DNA of 62,829 nt, filler included, from Globobulimina sp. (Eukaryota): the NCBI GenBank assembly GCA_003354225.1. It is 30 parts of 30 records of this genome, joined end to end, with 100 filler letters (N's around TTAATTAATTAA, not from the genome) between each part and the next. Parts side by side here need not be neighbours in the genome. Positions count along the whole stretch, not along the records: positions 12,595 to 14,593 come from PIVH01009876.1; positions 14,694 to 16,691 come from PIVH01009877.1; positions 16,792 to 18,789 come from PIVH01009878.1; positions 18,890 to 20,887 come from PIVH01009879.1; positions 20,988 to 22,985 come from PIVH01009880.1; positions 23,086 to 25,083 come from PIVH01009881.1; 24 more parts are not named here. One strand, given 5' to 3'. The first letter of the stretch is position 1, and each line of letters opens with the position of its first letter. Shown piece by piece: positions 12,688 through 25,183 of the stretch. The notes under the pieces are model-generated. The model did not search any database and was not told the origin of the DNA. It saw only the letters and a program-made list of their open reading frames with translations. The translations under genes were made by a program, and so were the position numbers.

Positions 12688-13300
12688 TTAACCTAAATGT
12701 AAATGATTATTATAATTTTGCAATTCAATGTCACCGAATAAAATGTCAATACCTTCTTCAGATAAACGTTGATCAGTTTTTTCATATTTTTTTCGATATT
12801 TTTTTTCTAATTCATCCGCATCATCCTTTGATTTTAATCGAGCACATTTATACAAGGCAAAAATACAAATACAGCAAAAAAATGTAATGACAATTATAAC
12901 GATAAGTATACCACCGGTTGGATATCTATCAGGCGATACAGATATATGTGCATTCGCAGGTGTTGCTGATATCGTAGGTGATTGGGTAGGCGATTGGGTT
13001 ATAGATAGGGTTGGGAAACTAGTTGGATACATTGTAGTTGGTGCAGATGTAGGGACAAATGTTGGATAAATAGAGGGATTAAAACTGGGTTGTATTGTAG
13101 GTTGGGAAAATGGTCGGATTTAAAGTAGGATTAACCGAAGGGTTTAAACGATGCTATTAAAAAGATAACCCCCCCTGTATACCACTATCTCGGTTCACGT
13201 TTGTTGGAAACGTAAGAGAAATATTCGGTATACAGTGGGGTGGGATTATCTCTCAGAATAGTCGTTAAAGTTGGATTAACAGTGGGATATTTAGTAGGTG
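12688..13300 (-). pseudogene. Degenerate copy of a Pro/Thr-stalk single-pass membrane protein
   Basis: ~12697-12973 is near-identical to ~14321-14593; early stop at 12688 and a frameshift near 13103 inside PT repeats. Confidence 0.6.
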
Positions 13301-13689
13301 CTATATTGTTAGATATTTATAGTGGGTGAAAGAGCCAGATATGAATTTATTATCTCATTCATTGCCTTCGCACATGTAAAGAATCGTGTTTCTGTTTAAT
13401 ACCAAATAAATTAGTTAGAGTATACACCTGTATTTGTGCGAGTTTCTGAATAACTTAAAAACAAAAATAACAGTGCAAACAATAAACGCTACACAAACAG
13501 GAAAAAAAAACAAATATAAATAATAATAAAATCAAAATATCAGCACAACACAAACCTGAAAAAAAAAACACATAAAAAGCAAACACATTTGTAGGACAAT
13601 CAAAAAAAAATCAAAACGTTAATCACATTAATTATACATTATTAAAATGATATTTATTCTTATTTTCACACAAAATGAAAACGAATCAA

Positions 13690-14593
13690 TCACAAAGGCC
13701 AATGATATTTATTAACTTGCTTATATTTTGATTGATGACCATTATTTGATATAGATGGCACATTAACAAATTTGGGAGGAATCGGAGTTGTAACTTTTAT
13801 TGATTTTGATCGCGATCGTGATTTTGAACGGGAACGAATAAAATTTGAAAAAGAAGTGAATATACCTCCAGCACCAGAACCCGAACCACCTCTCGTTCGA
13901 ATCTCTTGTGAATCAGATTCGTTTCCGCCATTGGCCATTTTTTCAAATATCTCATCCGTTTTTTGCTTTTGCACTGTAACAAACTCTTTTAACTGTTGAC
14001 TGAACAATTCATCGCATGATTCTTTTTTCTTTTTTTTCCTGTCCCACTCCGCTTCTTTCTCTTTCTCATCAAATTCTTGCTGCTTAATGATTTTTTTTGC
14101 ATATAATTCATCCGTGGTTTTCATTCTATTCATATCCAATGCATCCATTCTGTCAGCACCTTCGCTGTAATTACTTGTATATGCCGTATTATAATAATCC
14201 GCCATATCATCATCAGTTGAATTCTGATTATAATTATGATTATGATCATGATCTGAAAAATCACTGACTCCATTTTTCAGGCCATCTTTATTGTTTTTAT
14301 TAACATTTTTTATTTTTTTATTTAAATGTAAATGATTTTGTAATTCAATGTCACCGAATAAAATGTCAATACCTTCTTCAGATAAACGTTGATCAGTTTT
14401 TTCATATCGTTTTCGATATTGTTTTTCTAATTCATCCGCATCATCCTTTGATTTTAATCGAGCACAGTAAAAAAATGCGAAAATACAAATACAGTAAAAA
14501 AATGCAATGACAATTATAACGATAAGTATACCACCGGTTGGATATCTATCAGGCGATACAGATATATGTTCATTCGCAGGTGTTGCTGATATC
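13690..14593 (-). CDS. Single-pass membrane protein with long cytoplasmic tail (5' partial)
   Basis: Frame is open from the contig edge through TM segment GILIVIIVIAFFYCICIFAFFYC into the listed 13690..14205 ORF. Confidence 0.7.
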
Positions 14594-14770
14594 NNNNNNN
14601 NNNNNNNNNNNNNNNNNNNNNNNNNNNNNNNNNNNNNTTAATTAATTAANNNNNNNNNNNNNNNNNNNNNNNNNNNNNNNNNNNNNNNNNNNNAATTGCA
14701 GGGTTTAAGACAATAAAATTGCCATTTATGGAATACATTATAAAAATTGACAAATTTCCCAATAAAATAA

Positions 14771-16691
14771 GAAATCATCCCCTTCACCAAAATCACCTAA
14801 AACACCGAAAAAAGTTAATAATAATAAACCAAAATTAAAACGAAAAACTAGTCGTCCCATATTACCCAACACTTCATTTTCATTCTCTGACGACGACGAA
14901 CAGGACAAATCCAAATCTGATACAAGGAAATCTCCCACCAAACGAACATCTCGCTCATTATCGCCAAATTCACCAAATAAAAAAACAAAAACAAAAACAA
15001 CAACAAAACGAAAAACAAAAACAAACGTTAAATACAGAGAGAAACGCAAAGAAAAACAAAACAATTCAAAATATCATTTAACTGCGCCGTCATTACAAAG
15101 TATAGATTCTGACGATGAAGAGGATGAATTTCATGACTTATTATCCCCGAAACATAAATATATAAACAAATATGAACATAAATATAAAAATAAATATGAC
15201 CATAAATACAAAAATATGCAATATAAATCAAAAACATTTTCATTATCAATTGAAGAAAACATAGAGCCCTTTTCAATGAATTTGGGATTCATTTTAACAG
15301 AATCACCATTCATTAATATTCATATTGGATTTGATGATAAATATAAGGTACAAACCAATGAGATATCATTTGAATATGATGTCAACTCTTATTCGTGCGG
15401 ACTGATTGACGACAACCACAATGAATCAATGTATAACGAGTACGTCAATGAATTTGGTGTGCCTCAAAAAACAAAATATTTAATATCCTTCGCCCAAGAA
15501 AGAGGTAAAAAAATCTCCTTTTCTGAAGCGAGAAAGTTAATAAAAAGAAAAGATATTATTCCGACTCCGCACATAAAACATGAAAGGAAACAAAGCGAAA
15601 AGTTAAAGAATTTAAACCATTTATTGACCAATTTAACAATGTCTGATGAGGAGGGACAGAACCTACAATCCCCAGACTCAGATAGTAATGAATCAGAACC
15701 AGAAAACGATGAGAATGAGAATAAAAACCAGCAATTCTATTTAATACAAAACGCATTGTCCACTGTTTTAGATTCCGACGATGAAGACTCTGATCAAAAT
15801 ACAAACAATAAAATGGATAAAAAACAACAAATCAAAGAAGCGCTGTCAAGTATATTATGTTCAGATGACTCAGAGGCAGAGCAAAGCAGTGATAATGGTG
15901 AAGAATGTGGTGCCTCTCCGGAGAGTATAGGCAATGGCGAGGAAATACCGCTGCATTCTGGTATCATTGGGATGGGATTAACAATGTCGCAAACATTGCT
16001 ATCATTAACTCCCGAACCACAAAGTGATATTAATTCGCCTCAACCGCCACATGCAAATACAATAAATGAAGACAGTGAAATGATATATAGATCGACAGCA
16101 CATTCACATACAAATGGCAATGGCCACAGTAACAATGACCCGCAGTCCAGAATGGATTTATTAGTAAATATGTTAAACGATTTAGACAATGAGAACACTA
16201 ATGATACAATCCAAGAAAATGGATATTATAAATCAGAGAAAATGGATAATTACGATTATATTAATAAAAAACTAAAGAAAAAACGCGCACGGCAGAAAAA
16301 TAAGAATCGTTCCAATTCGCAGCCTGTCGACGCGATAAAAAACAGTTTATCCGTACCGACGACACCAAGCACGCCGCCGACACCATGTACACCGAAAAAA
16401 CCACATAAAACTAACAAAAACCATCAAAGATCGTTTTCAACCGATCAAAGTAAACGGAAACCGGTGAAATTAGAAGAGTGGAAAGCAAAATACAAAAAAC
16501 AAAAATCAAACTCAAATATATTTGTGGCATCACCAAAAACGAAGCGTACGCAAACCACACCGCGTCCGCGTAAACAACGGGTGCGTAATAAATCGACCAC
16601 GAAGTTCAAGAAACAAAATAAAATGGATTTCAATTTGTATGATGTGGAGATAAAAGCACATCGACGGTATCGTTTAATGGATGGACGAATC
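14771..16691 (+). CDS. Low-complexity K/S/D/E-rich protein, possibly ending at the start of a CAP-Gly domain (partial)
   Basis: Plus frame is open from ~14766 into the 507-aa ORF; final residues AHRRYRLMDGRI resemble a CAP-Gly start (weak). Confidence 0.55.
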
Positions 16692-16792
16692 NNNNNNNNN
16701 NNNNNNNNNNNNNNNNNNNNNNNNNNNNNNNNNNNTTAATTAATTAANNNNNNNNNNNNNNNNNNNNNNNNNNNNNNNNNNNNNNNNNNNNC

Positions 16793-18457
16793 CACTTGTT
16801 GTCGGTATACGCCATCTTAAACCGAGTGGGTTCGGGTGTGTATGGCTGTGTGTTCAAGGCGAAAACCAAGCGAACCAACAAAATCGTGGCTAGCAAAACC
16901 TTGCAGCTATTACTAAACAAGAAACAGCGGCAAAATATCGACATTCGGCAATCGAAACTGCCAAACAAAGAGCTGGTGAATGCCATATGTCCCTATATGA
17001 TGATCGAAGGCATTCCGGTTCCCGTTATCCGCGAAATAATGAGTCTGAAACAGTTGTGCCATATCAATATAACGCAATTATACGACATTGTGTTGAACGA
17101 TCCCTACGATGACAGCCATAACGAGCCACACCAATGGAACTTCCATTTGGTGCAAGAATTTGTGCCCAATGAGTTGTACGCCGTGATGAAGAACTTGAAG
17201 TCGCTGCATTTTGAGCGCAATAAATTCAATCAGCAGTTCAAGGACCAAAACGTCGACAATCTCAACGCCAAAACCTTGCCGCAATATCCGTACTGGTTCA
17301 GCTGCGCCAACATTAAGTGCATAGTTTACGATTTGCTGCAAGGATTAGCTTATTTGGAGTCGGAGTCGTACATCCACCGCGACCTGAAACCGTCCAACAT
17401 CTTGCTGACCGACGACGGCATTGTGAAAATAGCGGATTTCGGGCTGTCTCGCGCCAAATACAAAGAAAACGAGCTGCTGACCAACGCGCACAATGTGGTG
17501 ACTCGCTATTACCGCGCCCCCGAAATACTAATCGAGCAAAACAAGCGGCGGTCGTCCTACTCGTTCGCCTCTGATATGTGGAGCATCGGCGCCATTTTCG
17601 GAGAGCTGATCTGCGGTCGGCCCATATTCCGCGCTCCCAACGACATGGAGCAAATCTTCCACATCATGCATAAATGCGGCAGCATCACCGAGTCTGTATG
17701 GAAGGGAGTGTCCCATATCATCACTGAAGATCCGCCCGCCGATTTTTGCAAAACGAATAACAAAACGGGTCAAGCAAATGTATGGTTTGCTGGCCAGGCA
17801 AAGTTTAATTTTATTGCCAATATCTGCGACGCGGTGAAGAATAAAAAGCGAATGTTGTCCTCCTTTCTGACGCCGTACATTCAGCATTCGTGGACGCAGC
17901 AAAACGTGGCGTTTGGTCTGGATTTGATTAATAAAATGTTGTGCTATGATCCGGCGACGCGAATTAAGCCAAAACAAGCGTTGCAGCACAAATGGTTCGA
18001 GATTGCGCCGAAAAGAGTGGAGCCGAAAGAATTGATAAAGAAATCAAAGAAATCCAAGAAATCGTCGCATACCGATTTGCAGAAAGAGCAACAACAACAG
18101 CAACAGCAGAAAATGCTGAAACAGCAGGAACAGCACAGACAGCAGAACATGAACAGTATGAATGTACCGATGCAGCATAATCGTTCTCGTGGACATATGC
18201 ATGGACACAGTCACAGTCATAATCATAATAATAATAATCGGCGGAATGTGCAGAGTGGATATAAAACGATAAAACGGGCGCAATTTGCAGAGGAATCCAG
18301 ACTTTTATTTCTGGCGTCGGATTGTTCACAGAATCAGAACAATAAACGACCGTTTAATCAAACTGCAGGGAATCATAAGCATGGCCATAATGGGCATAGT
18401 CATCATCGGAAGAATCAGAGTCATAATAATCCGAATAAAAAGCGAAGAATAAATTGA
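16793..18457 (+). CDS. Cyclin-dependent kinase-like (CMGC) Ser/Thr kinase with Q/H/N-rich tail (5' partial)
   Basis: GSGVYG, VASK, EGIPVPVIRE (PSTAIRE-equivalent), HRDLKPSN, ADFGLSR, VVTRYYRAPE, DMWSIG. Confidence 0.93.
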   Translation, partial: HLLSVYAILNRVGSGVYGCVFKAKTKRTNKIVASKTLQLLLNKKQRQNIDIRQSKLPNKELVNAICPYMMIEGIPVPVIREIMSLKQLCHINITQLYDIVLNDPYDDSHNEPHQWNFHLVQEFVPNELYAVMKNLKSLHFERNKFNQQFKDQNVDNLNAKTLPQYPYWFSCANIKCIVYDLLQGLAYLESESYIHRDLKPSNILLTDDGIVKIADFGLSRAKYKENELLTNAHNVVTRYYRAPEILIEQNKRRSSYSFASDMWSIGAIFGELICGRPIFRAPNDMEQIFHIMHKCGSITESVWKGVSHIITEDPPADFCKTNNKTGQANVWFAGQAKFNFIANICDAVKNKKRMLSSFLTPYIQHSWTQQNVAFGLDLINKMLCYDPATRIKPKQALQHKWFEIAPKRVEPKELIKKSKKSKKSSHTDLQKEQQQQQQQKMLKQQEQHRQQNMNSMNVPMQHNRSRGHMHGHSHSHNHNNNNRRNVQSGYKTIKRAQFAEESRLLFLASDCSQNQNNKRPFNQTAGNHKHGHNGHSHHRKNQSHNNPNKKRRIN

Positions 18458-18889
18458 ATTGAATTTGTTTTTGTTTTTATGTAAATCAAATTGTATTGTA
18501 TTTATCAAAAACATTGTTCTTTTATGCTCTCTAACACTCTTTTCCCAAAAAAACCAGATCGAATAGGGATCACCACACTAACTCTTTCGTCATTTTGCTT
18601 GCGTTTTGTGTTGTTGTATTGTGTGTGTATTGTATCAATCAGATAGATTCTAAAAGGAAAGACTTAAATCCTTCGAATTGACAAAGTTAGAAATTGCCAA
18701 ATTTTCACTTTTTGGAAAGGCAGATCACAGGTTTCTATTTTTGTTTGTTATGTGAATTAAAGTATATTTTGTTGTTCTGAATAATATAGNNNNNNNNNNN
18801 NNNNNNNNNNNNNNNNNNNNNNNNNNNNNNNNNTTAATTAATTAANNNNNNNNNNNNNNNNNNNNNNNNNNNNNNNNNNNNNNNNNNNN

Positions 18890-20887
18890 CAAACGAAGAG
18901 AGACAACGTTTGTTTTGAAACAATTAGAATCAACCGCCATAGCAAAAATAATAAACACACATATCTCAAATGAAAAGGATTTATGTTATTTCGATCCAGA
19001 TTATATTTGGGCACATATTGGTTCTGATAAATGCACATTATATTAATCAAGAATCAGTTTGTGTAAAAGCACCCCCAAAGAGCAATTCTCCAAAAAATAG
19101 CATCATTACTACGTTATGTCATGCAAATGTCGTTGATAAATATTTAAATTTACAGAAATTGACAAATGTTGAAGAAATTAATAGTTTATTAAAACTATTA
19201 TGACAATGATACAAAATGTATTTTCATATGGTACAACTGTATTAAGTTTTAGTAGTGTAGCACAGAAAGATTGTGATTCGAAATTTGTCACTTTAAAAAC
19301 AAAAAAACTCAAACAATTGCAGAATAAATCAAAAAGTTGTCATTTGCACAGGTATGATATTGATATGCAAATATGGAATCAGAAACACCACCGTGTGAAT
19401 TGCAAAAGTTCCGCCCAATCAGTGCCTGCAATTAATATAAAAAATATTTTACATTCTGAATTAAAAGTTGATGATTTATTTGTAATCAACCGAACCACTG
19501 AGCGGACTACAGATGTTTGCTTGGATATTTCTGAGGGTCTACTGTCTGAATCTTTTCATGGATTATTGTTATTAATGACTGATTCAGAAATCATTGGTGC
19601 ATGCAAACTGTAATCTGAAACAGAAAACTGTAATCTGAAATTATTCATGCAAGCAATAACTAAATTTATTCCAGCTGTCAAAATCCAGCCAGCTGGTTCA
19701 ATGCAAAACCGCCAGCCAGCCAGCTGATATACAAATATTAGTATTCATAAAAGATCTTTATTGTTGGTGGGGCTCAGATTGGAAAGGAATAAATGAGTTT
19801 TTGGGTTACGGCTCATGTTCATGTAATTATCCTTGTTTTATTTGTGATGAATGTAAACGTAAATTCAGTCAATTCGGAGATTCAGGTATGAACAGGTTCA
19901 GAGAGGAACATTTGAATAATTTGTCTAAATATAAATTAGAAACTGTGCAAAATATGAAACTAAAAACTGGAAAAGGTACAACCACTCTTCATTACTTTGA
20001 TGAATGATTAGCTCACTTTGCAGAAACTCAAAAATTTTCCGATGTCAGCAAATCATTTTGATTGTTAGTATAAAAACGTTTCCATATAATTTTATAACTC
20101 AGAAGATATCTCTGTGTTATCTCGCATATATGGAGATATATTTTAACTGAAAAGTGGTTTTAAAAAGGTTGTAAAGCTCCACCGATAATTGATCTGCACA
20201 TTCATAAAATTGGTCAAATGGATCATCATGTTTTCAGTGGTATATTTGCGGTGATTCATAAAGGTTTATTAAAATATTCAATTACTGAATGTAAATTACA
20301 ATATGAAGATAATAAAATTGAAAGAAAATATCGGAGATTTATCAATACATTTAGAAGAAGTTAATTTGCAAATCAATGGATTGAAACTTTCAACACCGGC
20401 AGAAGGAGATGGAAAAATGCAAGAGTTGCATAAAAGTTTATTAATTGGATTTGAAAAAATGTATGTTGAGAGAAAAAAAGATTTATTATGTCAAATACAG
20501 GAATTAAATGATAAAGTTGATCAAATTGACATACGTTTGAAGAATAATAGTTCATTATATTTGAAATATTTGGATTTGTTGAAACAAGAAAATATACCAT
20601 CCTTTACATATCGGCAGGGCTCAATGATTGGAACAAACATGTTGCGTTTAATGAAAAGTAAGGATATAATTAAGGATTTTTTCAATAATAATGGATATTA
20701 TGCATTTTCTAACTTATTTGATGTCTTAATGATCAATGTGCAAATATTATGTTTTTTTTATTGCCAAACAAACGAAGAGAGACAACGTTTGTTTTGAAAC
20801 AATTAGAATCAACCGCCATAGCAAAAATAATAAACACACATATCTCAAATGAAAAGGATTTATGTTATTTCGATCCAGATTATATTT
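18890..20887 (+). mobile_element. Decayed CMC/Transib(RAG1-core)-like DDE transposase on a terminally redundant contig
   Basis: Motifs in order across frameshifts and stops: IWAHIGSDK, KSNSPKNS...DKYLNL, WGSDWKGINEFLG...NYPCFIC, KGCKAPPII...DHHVFSG, YRQGSMIGTN; first 119 bp equal last 119 bp. Confidence 0.6.
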
Positions 20888-21445
20888 NNNNNNNNNNNNN
20901 NNNNNNNNNNNNNNNNNNNNNNNNNNNNNNNTTAATTAATTAANNNNNNNNNNNNNNNNNNNNNNNNNNNNNNNNNNNNNNNNNNNNAATTGTTTAGAGG
21001 TGTGAACCTAAAAAGTCAAATGTATATAATAGTTTGTTAATAAAAAAAAAGTAAGAACGTAAAAAAATGAAAGTTAATTCAGATAAAATGCATTCACAAT
21101 CACACTCAACAGATACTTCTCAACAAACCATGCTTTAAATTGATATATTATTTATTTGATTTACATACTCTCTTTGCATGCAATAGTATTATTGCTGTAT
21201 TAATAAAATCAGACAAAGCTGACTTTTCAAAAACAAAAAAAAAGTATAAACAAAAAAACAAATGTTTTTCTTGCAGAAGTACAAAACAAAGAAACCATGT
21301 GAAAACGGACGAAAATATTATAAAAAAAATAAAATATAAAAATATACACAATAATATTAGAAATACATTTGATTGAAAACAATAATATTAAGCATGAAAA
21401 TGTTTCAATAAACATGAAGTTTTGGGCTCTGATGGCTAGAAATGT

Positions 21446-22985
21446 TTATTTATGTACTCGTTTAATGTGAGAATTGATTGCAGATTTTTGTCTGAATGAT
21501 TTAAAACAAATGCTACAGGAATATGGTTTTTCACCTGTATGAATACGTAAATGCACAGTTAAATTATGTCCAACTTTAAATTTCTTGCGGCAAATTTGAC
21601 ATTGATATGGTTTCTCACCGGTATGAATCCGCAAATGATCTGAAATATTAATGAGGAAACGACACGTAATACACGTAATATATTGAATATGTTTAAATAT
21701 CATACCTTTCCATGAATGGTGATGCTTAAACCGTCGTTGACAAAATGTGCATTCATATGGTGTTTCACCAGTATGTATTCGAAGATGTTCCTTGTAATTT
21801 GCTTTTCGGCCAAACCTCTTTGCACAATGTGGACATACTAAGGCTTCATTTGTATGTATCTTTGCATGCGATTTTAAATTACATAAATGTTTATATTGTT
21901 TGCCACACTCTTCGCATTTAAATTTGCGTTGTTTTGCAATTGCTGGTGTTTGCGATGTAGCGATACCGAATGTTGCTGATGCGTGTTTGTGTGCTTTTGC
22001 TGCGGCCTCAGCTGCGGCCTGAATTTGCGCTGCTTTTGCTTGAGCGGGAGATGGCGGTTTTGGAGGTTCAATGGTTTTTCTATCATTATAATTATTATTT
22101 GAATTAATATTGGATATTGATAGTATGGATGATGTAAATTTATTATTATGATTGTTAGCATTTGGTGGAAAATCTACATTTGGATAATAATTGCTGAGGA
22201 TATAATTGTATACAAAAAAAAGTTAACTGGATTGTATACACATACAAATATACAGAAACAATTTAATACCTTATATTATAATTATACGCATCTGTATTAT
22301 TTACATTATTCACATACGACATGTGTGGATTCATTGCATTAATTTGATTAAAATTATTTATTTGATTCACAGGAATGAGAGTCTGCACAAAGCAAAAATG
22401 ACAAACAACATAGTATACCGCATATATTTATGTTATTGTATAGGCACTTAACAGTGTTATAATTAATATTATTAGTATTATTATTATCGTATACAGTTTG
22501 TTGCTGCTTTTGAAGTGGTGTCATATGCGCGATATGACTGCAATTTGCATGATTACATGGCATATTGTAATTATTATAGTTATTATTATTATTTGCTGAA
22601 ATTATGTGAAATCCTGCAGGTGCATTTGAAGAATAATGAGTATGGTTATGATTGTTAGTGTCATTGTAATTTGCACTAATATTATCTGCTGACATTGCAC
22701 CCAAATTATTTGGAAAATTGATGGTAAAATTGTTGTTTTGAAGTAGATTTTGTTGTTGTCGCACAATTTGATCAGGTGGAGGATTAATAACGTTTGATGT
22801 ACACACGGTTGGATTTGATGATGAAGTACTTACACTGCTTCCATTGCTAAAAGTGTATGGATTTAATGATAACGTAGTTGGATTACCTGCAATTGCTTGT
22901 GGATAAGACGATTGACAACAATACGACATATCATTTGCACGTTGAATTGGTATCATGTTGTTGCGCAATATTTGTTTTATTAGAA
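21446..22985 (-). CDS. C2H2 zinc-finger transcription factor with five fingers and N/Q-rich N-terminus (multi-exon)
   Basis: Fingers CEEC, CPHC, CTFC, CQIC, CSIC with HTGE(T/K)PY linkers; GT-AG intron 21640-21705 restores HSWK|DHLRIHTGEKP. Confidence 0.92.
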
Positions 22986-23085
22986 NNNNNNNNNNNNNNN
23001 NNNNNNNNNNNNNNNNNNNNNNNNNNNNNTTAATTAATTAANNNNNNNNNNNNNNNNNNNNNNNNNNNNNNNNNNNNNNNNNNNN

Positions 23086-24879
23086 AAAAAATTTGAAAAC
23101 ACCAAAAAAAATACAAGAAATAAAAAGAAAAATAAAATTGCAAACGCAGCAACTATTCATCGAAGAAAGCTTAAAAAATTAAAACAAAAATTAAGAGAAA
23201 TATCCAAATTAAAGACAATATATAATACAAATAAATCATTATTAGATCATCAACAAATTGAAAAAGTGAAACAAGAACAAAACATTCAATCTCAAATTTA
23301 TGAATTACAATCAACGAAACACTCTCAAACATACAACAAAATAAAGAATGAAAATAAAGCAATGTCTCATGCGAGAAGAATAAGTCACTCATTAACCTTC
23401 ATAGCACAACAAATTACGGCATATTCGCAACAATTAAATAATTATATTGAATTAAACAATGTTCGCACCGTTGAAACATACATTGGAAATATCAAACATT
23501 CGCTGTTGACATTATATTCACGAATGAATACACTCATCAATGAATTAGATTGTATGCAACATATACCGTTGAAATACACCGATGATCCAAAGAGACCCTC
23601 CATTTATTTTAAGAATGAATGTGTAAATAATGAGAAACATTTAGCTGTTAAACATTTGAAAAAAAAATACACGAAAAAAAACGATGATGTTGGATTTTTT
23701 CTAAATCGATTCGAAAGTTTTGGTGTTTGTCACGCAAATATATTAAAAATGGTAGCATGTGATGGCAGGATAAATGTGTCAGTTTTTAAGAAATTGGCAG
23801 GTGATTTAATCAGTAAACACAAATGGAATGATAATGAGTTATTTTTTAGTTGTATTCAAGGCATTGTGCCACATTCCAAAATATACAGTGTTAATTTAGC
23901 AGATTATTTGAAAAAAGTGGAGAAATTAGCATATGGATATGGACAGTATGCAGCACAGAGGAGATGTAAAGGATTTTATCGGATGAAAAGAACAAAAATG
24001 TTTCATGCCATGTTGCATAAAATGCAATGTGACAAATGGGTTGCAAACCAATTAGAAAAAATATCATTATTAGTACATAATGGATGGGATTTAGATTGTA
24101 AGCAAAAACAAAATGATGTTAATATGGCAATGACTGGATGGTCACAGTTATTATGGACTATGAGTTCGAGTCCAAATCAATATTATGTCCGCATTATTTG
24201 TTTTATTCATGATTTTATGAATGGAGAAATTAATTTTTTGGATCAGGATGGACGAAGTTTAGCACATTTTGCTGCTTCAATTTTCCCACTGAATATGGCT
24301 TATAAATTATGTATAGAAATGGACAAAATTGGATATGATTTTGGTTTAAAAGATATTGATGGTATTACACCGGTGAATATATTATATTGTAATATGTTAA
24401 AATCTTATGAGAATATAATTGCTACAAACTCAAATCAAGAGTTTCAATTAATTTCTGGCAAAATAATTGAATGGTCCTTACATTCATGTGGAATATGTAT
24501 AGATTTGCGGTTATCGGATACAATCATTCACATAATTGCAACATATGGACATTATGATATTGAACGCTTAAAAAATAAGAATTGGGAACTACAGAATTTA
24601 TTTATGAATAAGTGGATATACAGTGCCATACATGAAAATTATTGGAAAATTATGTTAAAAAAACAGAAAAAAAGATTGAATGTCGAGAGACTAGACATTG
24701 AAAACAAATTGAAATTAAAAAATATTCAAAAAGAGAATCGAATAAATAAAGAAAAAAAAAGATTGTATTTGTTAGAAAACAAAGCTGAAAATGATGCTGA
24801 TTTTGATGATATAAAAATAAATGAATCAAATAGCTGTAATAATTGCAATAAATTGGATGATGAAGTGGATGATCAATAA
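23086..24879 (+). CDS. Hypothetical protein with coiled coils and degenerate ankyrin-like motifs
   Basis: 537+ aa ORF; DQDGRSLAHFAA and KDIDGITPV. Confidence 0.6.
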   Translation, partial: KKFENTKKNTRNKKKNKIANAATIHRRKLKKLKQKLREISKLKTIYNTNKSLLDHQQIEKVKQEQNIQSQIYELQSTKHSQTYNKIKNENKAMSHARRISHSLTFIAQQITAYSQQLNNYIELNNVRTVETYIGNIKHSLLTLYSRMNTLINELDCMQHIPLKYTDDPKRPSIYFKNECVNNEKHLAVKHLKKKYTKKNDDVGFFLNRFESFGVCHANILKMVACDGRINVSVFKKLAGDLISKHKWNDNELFFSCIQGIVPHSKIYSVNLADYLKKVEKLAYGYGQYAAQRRCKGFYRMKRTKMFHAMLHKMQCDKWVANQLEKISLLVHNGWDLDCKQKQNDVNMAMTGWSQLLWTMSSSPNQYYVRIICFIHDFMNGEINFLDQDGRSLAHFAASIFPLNMAYKLCIEMDKIGYDFGLKDIDGITPVNILYCNMLKSYENIIATNSNQEFQLISGKIIEWSLHSCGICIDLRLSDTIIHIIATYGHYDIERLKNKNWELQNLFMNKWIYSAIHENYWKIMLKKQKKRLNVERLDIENKLKLKNIQKENRINKEKKRLYLLENKAENDADFDDIKINESNSCNNCNKLDDEVDDQ

Positions 24880-25183
24880 ATGCATCCTGACTCTCACGTT
24901 GTTGCAAATTTGTAGTTATATTACTTATTACGGATTTCGAATTGATGTACCCTTTTTTTTTTGTATCAAAAGTTGTAAAAGTAAAAAAATGATGAAATGT
25001 TAAAATGTATGCAAATCATGAAAAACTGTCAAAAATAAATATTTATGGGATATCAGCAATATTGATAAAAGTATGAAATCATCNNNNNNNNNNNNNNNNN
25101 NNNNNNNNNNNNNNNNNNNNNNNNNNNTTAATTAATTAANNNNNNNNNNNNNNNNNNNNNNNNNNNNNNNNNNNNNNNNNNNN

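Noticed and set aside
14738-15064. Antisense ORFs (also 9378-10028, 29608-30171, 48490-48765, 54848-55402)
   Set aside because: Shadows of real genes or low-complexity sequence on the opposite strand.
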